NCBI GenBank assembly: GCA_026026165.1
Contig: JAPEUD010000077.1
Location: 62,001 to 107,830 of the forward strand
Source of the DNA: Sarea resinae
Taxonomy: Eukaryota
Direction of reading: 5' to 3'
Length of the DNA: 45,830 nt
The first letter of the stretch is position 1. Each line of letters opens with the position of its first letter. A model generated the notes under the pieces. That model made no database searches, was not told the origin of the DNA, and was given only the letters and a program-made list of their open reading frames with translations. The position numbers and the translations under genes are program-made. This document shows positions 10,949-21,747 of the stretch, piece by piece.

Positions 10949-12534
10949 ATGGACGTAAGCCAATCTCCACCCCATCCTGAGATCCGAGAGAGGCACTCTG
11001 ACTTCAACATCCTACAGGCCCCCTACAACCGACAGCCCCGGCGGCACTCGAGCCACAGTCTCGCCCAGCTCGCCCAGATCGCTCCTCTGACCCCGACAGT
11101 CCATCTCGACGATGACGAGAACGACCACGATGTACGCACGACGCGGACTTCGTACATCGAAGGACGTTCTGTAAGGCTTTCCGACTTTTGTGCAATTCCT
11201 AGCTAATGCGCCCTCTTTCCAAGGCACCAACAACCCCACCCATCCTCTCCCGTTCCTCCTCTCGAAGCCGCCTCTCCCATCACATGACGCCCTCGGTGTA
11301 CCAGAAATCGTCCTCTCACATCCACCTCCCCAAGCACACCCAGCACCAGCACCAGCACCACCTCTCCAATCTCCCCACCTCCAAATCCTCCTCGACCCTT
11401 CTCGCCTCTCCGAGCGCCCGCTCTCGCACCACAACCAAACATCACAAAGGCAAAACGGCCGAAGACTCCTCCGAATGGCTCTACCGCGCCGGCGCGGCCC
11501 TCGCATCCGAGGCGCGCGAATCCAAGGGACAGAGCTGGCTCGTGTCGCGGGCGAGCAGCACGAGTCTCGTCGACGTGTCCTCCTCCGACGATGACAACGA
11601 CGCCGCCGCCCACGCTCAGCCGACCGATCGATTCGGCTCTCATCCGTCCGGCGCCTTCCTGACGCCGCGATCACGACGAAGTAGCAGCCGGCTGCGCCTC
11701 CGAAGCGAATCCCGAAGCGCAACGTCGTCCAGAAGAAGGCGGACCCCCGGCTCCACCACCCCGCGCCAGCAGGACCGGGACGCGCGAGGAGGAGGAGGAG
11801 CAGGGTATCACGACGGGTATTTCCCCGCGCTCAGCACGACCACATCTGCAAAATCGTCCGACTTTTCGGCCTCGGGCCATAACGACGTCGCCGCCGCCGC
11901 CGTCATCGGGAGCTCGCCCGATTTCGTCGACGCCGTGGATGAAGTCGTGTCTGAGACGGACGACTCCGACGCCGACGCCGCCGCTGAGGCCGAAGCGGAG
12001 GCGGAGCTCGAGACGGCACGGTTGACGCGGCGGAGGGGGCTGGGGCTGGGCTTGGGCAGCTGGATCGATCGGATGGTCGCCTGGACGCTTTTCGAGGTCG
12101 AGGATGACGACGACGACGACGACGATGACGATGACGATGACGATGACGTTGGCGACGTTGACGACGAGAATGGTGACGATAAAGGTGGTGAGGAGGCCGC
12201 CCACAAAGAAAGCGACCATCTAGCCCGAAAGGAGAATGAGATGGCAAACGACAGTCAAGGACCTGAGCCGCCGCAACACCGGCTGGACAAGGAGAACATC
12301 GACGTGAGACACGCGGACGCGGAGCCATTAGCAGCAGAAGCAGAAGCGGGAGCGGGAGCAGGAGCAGCAGTCAAAAAGAAGGAAGAAGGCGTCTCGAGTC
12401 GCCCAACAACGACAACGACGAAGACGTCGCGTCCCGGCGACCAAGATGGAGGAGATGCGGATGGAGATGCTGGTGCAGGTTGGGCCGGGGACGCGGCTTG
12501 GTTGGTCGGCGTCGCGTCTAGGGTGTTACTTTGA
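10949..12534 (+). CDS. DUF3984-family low-complexity protein
   Basis: Exons 10949-11170 and 11224-12534 (intron GTAAGG...GCTAAT...CCAAG). Motifs SYIEGRSAPTTPPILS, EWLYRAGAALASEARESKGQSWLVSRASSTSL, GW..DAAWL...AS. Contains a poly-Asp tract. Confidence 0.75.
12102..12147. repeat. (GAC/GAT)n coding trinucleotide repeat (poly-Asp)
   Basis: About 15 consecutive Asp codons inside the DUF3984 gene. Confidence 0.9.
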
Positions 12535-12933
12535 TAGTTTGTCTCTTTCCCTCCCTCCCTCCCTCCCTCTTCTCTCTGTGTCTCTCTGTCTCTCTGTCAG
12601 TCTGTCTGTCTGTCTGTCTGATTAGAGGTAGCAATAACCGCAGTGGATACCTACTGCCGAACACGAAACCATCTCCACGAATCAATCACAGGTCTTGCGT
12701 ACTTTGCTCGTGAAGTTGATTCGATAGAAAGAGTAGAAAGAAAGAAAAAGAAAGGAAAAAAAAATAGTAGATGAGATGGCCGCCATGTCTCCCCCTCCCT
12801 CTTCCTCTCTCTCTACCTCTCCCTCTCTCTCTACCTCATCACCTCGAACACCAGACACCGAACACCGAACACCAAACACCAGAAGAACCCAAGCAAGCAC
12901 CTCCACTCCCCACTCTCGAATCGAACCAATCAA

Positions 12934-14931
12934 TCAACAATCCTCATACCCCTCCCAACCCCTCGCCTCGCCACCGCCACCGCCCGTCTCGCGCACGCCC
13001 AAGATGCCATTTTCGCGCTGCGTGAGACAGTACTCTTCGCTGCTCAGGGCGCGGTCCTTGGCGCGTTGCAGGGCCTCTGGGCCGAGCCGGTCGACGTCGC
13101 ATGCGGACGTGCAGGTGTAGTCTGGAGTTTGCGTGTTGAGGGAGGAGGCGGAGGCGGAGGAGGAAGAGGAGGAGAAGTACTCTGCTATCAGCGCGTGGCG
13201 GCATTTGCTGGTCGACTCGCAGTAGGTTATCAGCTGTTTTGGGATGGCAGAGGCGTGTTAGTTTTAGTTGGAGGAAAGAGGAGGGGGAGGGGGTGGATGT
13301 TTTTCTGCATGTTGGGTGGATGGATTGGTGGATGGAGGAGTGAGAGACGTACGGCTTGGAGAGATTTCGCTCTGGTGATGGCCTGCTCTTTCAATGAGGC
13401 GCAGGCTGGATCTTTATTGTTGTTTTGGTTCTGGTTCTGGTTCTGGTTTGCCGAGTCTCGGGCAAGCATGTACATGGCTCTATCGCGGTCCTCGCGGCTA
13501 TAGTACTGTGGGTTCCATCCGACTCAGTATCTCGGTCCAGAGCAGAACCAAAGGGGAAGAACAAGAGTAAAAGGCAAGAAGAGGACACGGGAAGTGGAGA
13601 ACCCACCAAGATGCCCACGCCAGCCCGACCATCCCGGCCGGCCCTGCCCACCTCCTGATAGAACCCCTCGAAACTCTTCGGCATCCGCCAATGCACTACG
13701 AACCGCACGTCACCCTTGTCGATGCCCATGCCAAACGCCGTCGTCGCCACGATGATGTCGTAGCCCTTCTTGTTCGCCACCCAGCCCTGCAGGTGGTCTG
13801 CCTTTTCCGCGGCGCTGAGCCCTGCGTGATAGGCCTTGGCGCCGATCCCGTCGCTGCGGAGGCGAGAGGCGAGGCCGTCGCAGTCCTTGCGCAGGAGCGT
13901 GTAGATGATCCCTGGAACATTGTCTGGGCGTGCCTTTTGCGCGGCGAGGGACGCGATGCGGGCAGGGTCCGTGCGACGACGGGCGTAGATGGCACGGAGC
14001 CAGGACAGGAAGTCGGCGTAGTGGTCGCTTTCGTCCGAGGTGTAGCGGACTTCGTAATGCAGGTTCGGTCTGGCCGTGGTCATAGTGAAGGTCTTTAGAT
14101 TCTGCGAGGTAGGGCTTAGACCAAGGGTTTTGAGGATGTCGGCACGGACACAGGGGGTCGCCGTCGCGGTGCAGGCGATCAGCGGCACGTCTGGGAAGGC
14201 TTGCTTGAAGTACGAGAGGGCAGCGAACGAGGGCCGGAAGTCGTGACCCCATTCTGAGATGCAGTGGGCTTCGTCGATGGCGATGCGCGAGAGCTCTTGC
14301 TGCGTGTGGATCGTGCTGAGGATCGTGCGGAAATGCGAGGTCGTGCAGTATTCGGGCGTTACGTAGAGGAGACGGGTGTGGGGATGGCCGCAGCGGAGAT
14401 CATCGAGGACGGTTTTTCTGACGGATGGAGACGTCGTGCTGTTTATGGTGGCTACTTTGATGCCGGCGGCTTGGAGCGACGCGACTTGGTTGTTCTAGGG
14501 GCATCGTTAGTAGAACAGTGGATGGGTTGCAGAAGAGGATTCAAATCTATACCATGAGGGCTAGAAGCGGGGATACTACGATGGTGACTTCAAACTCGTC
14601 AGCAAAGCTAGAAGGGTAGTTGATCATCACTCACTGCCGTAATCGATCACGGCGGGCAGCTGGAAGCACAAGCTTTTGCCAAATGAAGTTGCCGCCTGCA
14701 GATAGACGTCGTGCCCTTCCAGTGCGGCCGCAATTACTTCTCGTTGAAGAGGTCTGAAGGAGAGGTCAGCCCGGTTAGATGTGGTTTCAAGGAGCCATAC
14801 CGAAAAGACGTCTTCCCAAACACTCGCCGTAGTGTGAAATCAATGTCTATAGGTCGAGTCCTTTTCTGTTTGGCTTTCCGTCGCCGCGTCTGCTGCGTGA
14901 CGGTGCTCGATTTCTTTGGAGAAGACGCCAT
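12934..14931 (-). CDS. Small RecQ-family DNA helicase (RecQ2-type; helicase core plus Zn-binding region, no HRDC)
   Basis: Exons 14931-14801, 14753-14635, 14587-14553, 14494-13607, 13505-13353, 13233-12934 (1626 nt, in frame). FRPLQREV, Walker A AATSFGKS, IDEAHCISEWGHDFRP, ATTAFGMGIDK, YQEVGRAGRDG, YCE..CRH. Confidence 0.93.
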
Positions 14932-16709
14932 GATGGTAGATCAGAGCCTCTGCTGGGAGTGTCTCGTTTCTATTGGCATCGAAATGTGTTCCGTAATGGG
15001 AAGGCCGATCGTCTGGGCTAGCATAGAGAAGAGATCGCTAGCCTCAGCGCATCCTTGGAAACAGGGACTGCAGAGGATTGAATGACCTGTGTAGTTTGGA
15101 TCGAGAGAAATCCCGAGCCAATAAAGGTCACTAATGTAACTGTTCAACAGAGCTCCGAGGTCAAGCCATGGCGTCACAGTTGACTGATGCTCGAAGCGCA
15201 CTCTATAACCGATCAAAGCGGAGCCAGCATCAAAGTAATGGTGGCCTTTGACCTCTGAATGTTCGACACGGCCGAACCATGAAAGCAGACTTAGTTGAAG
15301 CTCAACCTGCGGCTCGTGGTGTTGAATTTCTCATCCTCAGATACGGTCCGTGACATCAACAACACGACGCGTGGAAGGCAAAACGAGGAAAGGTTCTACA
15401 ACAGGTAAAGCGCGTGCACGGTCCACACCTTATTTCATCGACGGTGGTCCCGCTACTACAGGAGATGAGGGACACCACATGCGCTGGATCGCAGCAACGT
15501 CATGTGATCTGGGGTCGCCATCATCTCGAGAACTTCATCGACCCCCCGAAGAAAGGCGAGGGGGGGAATAATAGCACGGTTATGACGCAAGTCTATCAAT
15601 AGTCCCCTCGTGCTCCCTCGGCATGAACTTGATCCTGATCCTAAGCCAAGAAGAGCAACAGCAACGACCGCCTGCAGAAGAGTTCTCCGTAGATCGCCCA
15701 GCTGGGAAGGGATTCCCAGACCCGGAAAAACATCTCGACCTTCCCACAAGAGTAAGCAGAAGCGTGCTCTTACCCGGATGGGTCTTCTGCTTGGATAATC
15801 CGCAAACCCTGATTCGTCTCTCCGCCTCCGCCGGGGGCGCCATGGGGGGGGTGGAAAAGAAGTCTAGGGCTGGGCGGACCCAAGCGAGCTGGCGGGGGGC
15901 CAAGGGCTGCGAGTCAGATTCAGCACCTTTTGCGGCCACACGGCGACCGACGGCGCCTTCACCTCAGCATGTCAGGCCACACACCACGAGACAACGTCGC
16001 AAAATACGACCACCACGACCACATCAGCCTACCGTCACACCACAACACCAACAACACTCCGCCCGCACTCGCAGGACCACAGCCGCGCGAAGCTGAGATG
16101 CAGCGGGAGAGAGGGAAAAAAACAGTAATGACGGCAAGCAGCCCTAACGCCTCCGCAAAATGACTAGAACAAATCCCGGGAGCTGGCACCGACAACACCG
16201 CCAAACCGGGTCAAACATTCATCCAGACTAACCAGATACATGCTGCTTATTCCTCTCCCGTGCGCCTGGCCCCCTGCTCCCCTTGCCAAATTTCCCCATG
16301 TTGCCTGATCTTTCTTTTGATACGCTCCCCAAACACGACATGTTCGTCCACGGGGGCGGCGCGGCGCTGATGATCACTGTTGGCGGCCGTGTGCCGGACA
16401 CCATTTCGGCATCCCTCGGCGCACTGGCGTCTGCCTCGATGCGATGGCGATGCCGCTGAGCAGACGGCAATGGTTCGGATCGACGGTGGAAGAGGGAAGA
16501 GCTGGAAGATCGGGATTTCCTTGTATCGGTCGTTCGGTGCCGTGTGTTGTCTGATTATTTTTTTTTTCTTCTTCTCTCCCCTTCGTGATATAAGACCCCT
16601 TCCTGCTCCTCAGACACAACTGTATTCTTCTACCATCTCCAAGCAAAAGAAAAAAAAAAATCAGAGACCAATCTCCACTCTCCACTCCACCCCAAACTAA
16701 AACCCAAAA

Positions 16710-17024
16710 ATGCCTTCTGCATCTCCCCGCCACGGATTCGTCGCAACCGCGAAATCCTTCCTCAGCGAAGCCCACCCTCACGGCCGCTACCCTACCACGG
16801 TGGCCCCACAGAGAGGCCATCCTGCTTTCTACCTCCGCCGTGTCGGCCGCACTGCTGGCGTGTAAGTGTCACCCCCCTCACTCTTTCTGATGGGGAAAGG
16901 GGTTCAACATGGAAGACGGCATGGCTGACTGAGCCGCAATAGATTCTTCCCCTTCTACGCCATCGCATTGGGCTGGCCCGTCCTCGCATACGGATACTAC
17001 AAGAAATTCCCGTATGAGTTTTAG
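16710..17024 (+). CDS. 77-aa single-TM microprotein, Cox26-like (LGWP motif)
   Basis: Exons 16710-16861 and 16943-17024 with intron GTAAGT...GCTGAC...AATAG. A-rich context before ATG (CAAAAATG). Product MPSASPRHGFVATAKSFLSEAHPHGRYPTTVAPQRGHPAFYLRRVGRTAGVFFPFYAIALGWPVLAYGYYKKFPYEF. Not in the ORF track because it is split. Confidence 0.75.
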
Positions 17025-17586
17025 ATATTAGCTTATCTGGGTCGTCACTCTCGTCGGATCTTGGAAACATGACTGCGAGGGAGTGAGGATATGGAGAGAG
17101 AGGAGGACGGAAAGCAAGACCGTTGTCGGGCGACTACAAACATCATCATCACCAGCCAACAACCATATAAATACATAAAAACGACGACGACGAATCGAGA
17201 GCATTTGCCGGCGCTATACCACCACAGGAGTTAATTTCAGAGTTCGGGGGGAACCATCATTTGGGATCATTTCCTTTCGTCAGAGGAGAGACACGGAGAT
17301 GGAGATACTGTAAATAAGATGGAGCAGGAGATGACATAGTGATACCAGAAATATATTTCAAAGATAATACTTCATAACACTAGCCTATCCGAAAAAAATG
17401 GTGAAACTGGATTTATTGAGCTCTCTGAAACGTCTTCCCCGCACTCGCGAGACTCTCCCCGCAAAAGAAATACGGGAATGCGTCATACCTCAAATCAATT
17501 CAACCTGCTCACTCAAAACGTCGGCCCATGCGCTATGCTATATATGTACATCCAGATGACCAAAAAGGGAACAGGAACGATTTACT

Positions 17587-19602
17587 TCAGTGTGGAACGA
17601 CTTCATCGTCGAGGTTTCTCAGCACGTTCACTAGAGACCCCTTGACAGCATTTAAGTCGGACTCGCTCGGCTGCGTCCACCTCGCGTGCATATCCTCCCA
17701 AATCGCCATCGTGCGCTCTCGATCGGCGCATTTACCGTATGCCCTGACCGCCCATATGGCGACCCACTTCCCGAGATACACATTCGGAATGTCATCATCC
17801 AATGCCTGCAGAAACGAGCCCCAGACAGATTCGAGTCGATTGCGAGTCCATGACGTGTAGCGAACACCACCATGTCGCGCGAACCCCTGAAGAAGTAGGA
17901 GGAACATGCAGCCGTGCAGCGGCACCTGGAAGAACTGCATCTCGTTCAGCAATTCGGAGACGCGATCGAGCTCACCGGATTCGACGGCGTGATAGGCGAC
18001 TAGAGCGCGATAGGTGCGGATGTCCGGTGCGATGGGGACCTCGTCCTTGAGTCTTTGGTAGTGCTGGTGTGGCGGCGCGAGCTTGTTTGCTCTTGCGGCA
18101 GCTGCCCTGGTGGCGCGCGCAAGGAGCTTTCCTAATTCGCGAGAGCCGCGCCAGTTACGTGCAGGGAGTTTGGCGCCGACCTTTTTGGAGTGTAGGCGTT
18201 TCATACGCTCGTAGACTTGTTCAGCTGCTGTTGGCTCGCCTGCTTTGATTAGGGACGAGATGAGACAGTTTAGGACGGCAGTGTCGACGACTTCGTCGGC
18301 ATCCACGAGCTCCTTGTAAGCTTGTCTGATGCCATCTCCATCGCCCCGGACGCCGTAGTAGTAGATCAAGCTGACACGGGAGAAGCGGTTGATTTCTAGT
18401 GCACGCTCCCGCATCTCTTTAAGAATCATCTCGGCTAAGACGTATTTCCCTGCTTTGACCGCTATGTCGAATAAGATATTGAATGTGACGTGGGTTGATT
18501 TCACGCCGGCCTCCATCTCCATTTCTCTCCATAGCGACAGAGCGGATTGGACCTCGGCTGCAGACACTCGTACGAAACATCGACCGGCAAAGCCTATGGC
18601 ACTGCTCCACTCTCCGGAAGTCAAAGGGACTTTTGCATCCCTCATATCATCGACGATCGAGAGGAATCTCAACATCGAAGCCTCTGAACGGTGCTCAACC
18701 TTTGAAAGACGATGGAGCAAGAGCCGGATTGTTCCCGAAGGGAGATATTGCACTCCCGGATAAGGAAGCCCCTTGTAACAGTCCATTATAATCTCGTGCG
18801 CCATTTTCTTGTCTTGTAGTAATTCCTTGAGCTCTGCGACTGTCCCTTGATCCGCAGGCTCTGCAAGTTTCATAGGTCTATGGGCTTGTCCATGTGCCAA
18901 AAACTTCCACTTCTGCTCCTTTTCATCCCCCGAAAGTGCTTGATCCAGCGCGTCTGACCAGTAGGTATCAATGCTCTTGGGTCCAGAAGGGCCGCTGGGC
19001 ACTCTTTGGACCAGTGGTCGAGGCCGTGGTATTTCAGCTGTGATGTCCAGGCCAGGATCGTTTTGATGTCTTCGGCGGAGTACTGAAGCCTCTGGAGTAC
19101 TCTTTTGGTCGTCCGAAGGATGCCCAGGTCTTTCAATTTCTTGTTCGGGTGAAATAATTTTTTCGGGCAGATCGACGTAGAAGTCTAGCAGACCTTTATA
19201 TTCATCTCGAGAGACCTCTGTCGATACCGCTTGGATTTGCCTCTGTGCTGAGGTGTGGACTGTTCTCGCACTCTGCCCCGGGGCGAACTCCTCTTTCCGT
19301 CGATCCCGATGGTGTAGGGATGGTATTGCGGGTCTTGCATCTGATAGAAGGTTGAAGGCCGTATGGGACTTGCATGAGCCGGCTTTGACCAATGCATTGA
19401 TGAAAAGGTTTTCCATCCGCTCCGGGGCTTTCGGCGACAGACCGTGGCAATGCCGCCTCGAGACACGGTGAAAGAGCCGTGACGCTTCTGTATGATTCTG
19501 ACAGGCCAGAGATGGACAAAGAAATGACAATGGCTGACGAGAGCCAAATCCTTTGGCCAGCGAGCTGCTCGTCAGCCTGTCTAAGGTGCCGAATGAGGAC
19601 AT
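17587..19602 (-). CDS. Pentatricopeptide-repeat (PPR) protein, probably mitochondrial RNA-binding
   Basis: 671-aa ORF with PPR-like helical repeats (VTFNILFDIAVKAGKYVLAEMILKEM, AVLNCLISSLIKAGEPTAAEQVYERM, PDIRTYRALV). Basic, Ser-rich N-terminus. Confidence 0.85.
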   Translation of the reverse strand: MSSFGTLDRLTSSSLAKGFGSRQPLSFLCPSLACQNHTEASRLFHRVSRRHCHGLSPKAPERMENLFINALVKAGSCKSHTAFNLLSDARPAIPSLHHRDRRKEEFAPGQSARTVHTSAQRQIQAVSTEVSRDEYKGLLDFYVDLPEKIISPEQEIERPGHPSDDQKSTPEASVLRRRHQNDPGLDITAEIPRPRPLVQRVPSGPSGPKSIDTYWSDALDQALSGDEKEQKWKFLAHGQAHRPMKLAEPADQGTVAELKELLQDKKMAHEIIMDCYKGLPYPGVQYLPSGTIRLLLHRLSKVEHRSEASMLRFLSIVDDMRDAKVPLTSGEWSSAIGFAGRCFVRVSAAEVQSALSLWREMEMEAGVKSTHVTFNILFDIAVKAGKYVLAEMILKEMRERALEINRFSRVSLIYYYGVRGDGDGIRQAYKELVDADEVVDTAVLNCLISSLIKAGEPTAAEQVYERMKRLHSKKVGAKLPARNWRGSRELGKLLARATRAAAARANKLAPPHQHYQRLKDEVPIAPDIRTYRALVAYHAVESGELDRVSELLNEMQFFQVPLHGCMFLLLLQGFARHGGVRYTSWTRNRLESVWGSFLQALDDDIPNVYLGKWVAIWAVRAYGKCADRERTMAIWEDMHARWTQPSESDLNAVKGSLVNVLRNLDDEVVPH

Positions 19603-19744
19603 GGGACGCCGAACATGGTGTCACGGGGCCATTTCAATTCTCCATGTATCCGCAGGCGTATCTTAGTGTAGACTTGCAACAAACACTGCGAAGACGCGCA
19701 ATGGCAGGCTGCGATGGCAATATCAAAGGGCCGTAAATATTTTG

Positions 19745-19774
19745 AAGCTGTCAAGCTGTCAAGCTGTCAAGCTG
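19745..19774. repeat. Tandem 8-mer (AAGCTGTC)x3.75 in the PPR/RSM25 divergent promoter
   Basis: aagctgtc aagctgtc aagctgtc aagctg, read directly. Confidence 0.9.
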
Positions 19775-20049
19775 CGACGAAGTCCATGCCAAGACATTCT
19801 GTACCCGTAGAGTACTCCGTGCTTGTACACCAGGTAGACGGGAATCTCCGTACATTTTCATACGGACAGTCGGGACAGTACCAAAAGTCTCGAATGCCCT
19901 CGGCCACGACACAAGTAACGGACATCACCTCTCAATCTCAAGATCGCCCGCAAGGACGCTTTCATTCAAGGTATCAGCCTCGGTCTATCTGGGGTAAGAT
20001 TTATTCGTCGCTCATTTTGCCTCGGAAGCTCACATCGATAGGGTTGGCG

Positions 20050-20905
20050 ATGGGGCGATACGACTTCCGGCCGCTGCGTGTCCGCCAGCATGCATCTCAG
20101 CTACTAGAAACGAAACGAATCCACCGCGAACCGTGCTGGTATAGCATCATTGGTGATGTTCCTCCAGCACAAGCTATCGTCCGAACACAGCCTGTGCAAC
20201 ATCATGAGCAGCAGCGCCGCCGGTCGTCGAAGTGGAAGAAGCCAAGTCGGATGTTCCAGCCACAGCGGATAACTTACCAGGAGGATCAATTGCGGCAGGA
20301 CTTCTTTGGTGATCACCCCTGGGAATTAGCCCGACCGAGGGTCGTCTTAGAGAATGATGGGAAAGATTACCAAAGGAGCGATTGGAGTAGAATAAGACAG
20401 CCTGGGCGGAGGCTAGACGGAGAAAGGTACGCCATTTTGTTTGCGCCGCTTCTTTGGTCGCGCCGTTCCGATTTCCATAGGCTGACTTCCTTCGAATAGT
20501 GTCATACAGAGGCAACTGTGGCTTCTACACAATGTTGCTGAGATGACGCAAGCGAAAGCATACGATCAAGCTCGACATGAATTCTACGAAGTTCGACACC
20601 AGGAGGACGTCGAACGGAGAGTGGCACAAGAAGAAGCTCTTGCTACAGGAGCATATTTCGGGAAGACGGCTCTCGAAGTAGGCATGGAGCTGGAAGACAA
20701 GGCATACGAAGACTGGAAGGAATGGGCAGTCAAGGAGATTGCAGCAGTAGAGCAGGCCAAGAGTGCAGCGTATACTGGCCTTGATAGCGAGCGGGCGACT
20801 ATCAAGAATGATGACCCCGAAACCGAGGCGAGCATTGGGGAGATTGAGGACTCTATTCCCGCCAAAGGGCAAGATGCACTGGGAGGAGCTGCGGTTCACC
20901 CCTGA
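20050..20905 (+). CDS. RSM25: Mitochondrial small ribosomal subunit protein mS23 (37S S25)
   Basis: Exons 20050-20426 and 20500-20905 (783 nt). [51 protein letters not shown]. Confidence 0.92.
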
Positions 20906-21747
20906 GCTAGCGGGGAAGAAAGAGGCTGTTGTAAGATATCAAGGCTTTGTACAATGCGGGGGAATACAGGAAATACTTGTCGAACAATATAGATGAAAAT
21001 GCTGCCAACCGGGACCAGCGTCAACCTGTCTTTTTGTCCTAGATGTAAGATCGTTGATAGCTTCGTATTGGGCATTTTGAGGAAGCTGCACATGAGTCGA
21101 GCATTGCCAATGTTTCAATGATAGACGAAGATGGGTCCTCTTGAATTGATCCGTCCTCACGATCTGGCTTGGTGCTGGATGGTTTGACCTGTGTTTCACC
21201 TCCTTCCAGGGGTTCTGAGACGACTCTGTCCTCCGGAGTACCTCCTCTACCAGCGTGTGTAACTCTTGTATTTCCTTCCTATCTGCTTGTACCCACTGGT
21301 ATTCCTCGATGTATCTTTCCGCCCTTCGTGTGGGTGTCGAGTACCAAGATTGGCTCGCTTCTGCTGTACCTGCATGGGTATCTCAATATCTATCGCGTAC
21401 CTTACTTTAGCAGTATCGACATCGACAACCACATTGGGCATTCACACACATCACACCTCACGCGCATCGCATATCGATCCGTTCACCTCCAGCTTCCATT
21501 CACTTGCGTGCACTCACCTTCACCTCACCTTTCACCGCAGCTCTCTGCCGAATCACAATCCGGAAGTCGATAGCAACACATCAACGGCCCTCTTCGCTTA
21601 TTGGAAAGCCATCATGTACCGCCCTACGATCAACCTCGGACGATAAAGGCTCCCTCCTTGACTCCTTCCCAAGGGATCAATTGCGTGGAGTCGCCATCGA
21701 TTGACTTCTAATCAAGCCTGTCTCAAACCTCCGCTCTGGTTGCCATC

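Noticed and set aside
15350..16700. Several 60-157 aa ORFs between RecQ and the microprotein
   Set aside because: No domain-like content or consistent splice structure. Best read as divergent promoter and 5' UTR sequence.
19714..20049. In-frame 112-aa N-terminal extension of RSM25
   Set aside because: It runs through the shared PPR/RSM25 promoter and its tandem repeat. The family-typical start MGRYDFRP is at 20050.
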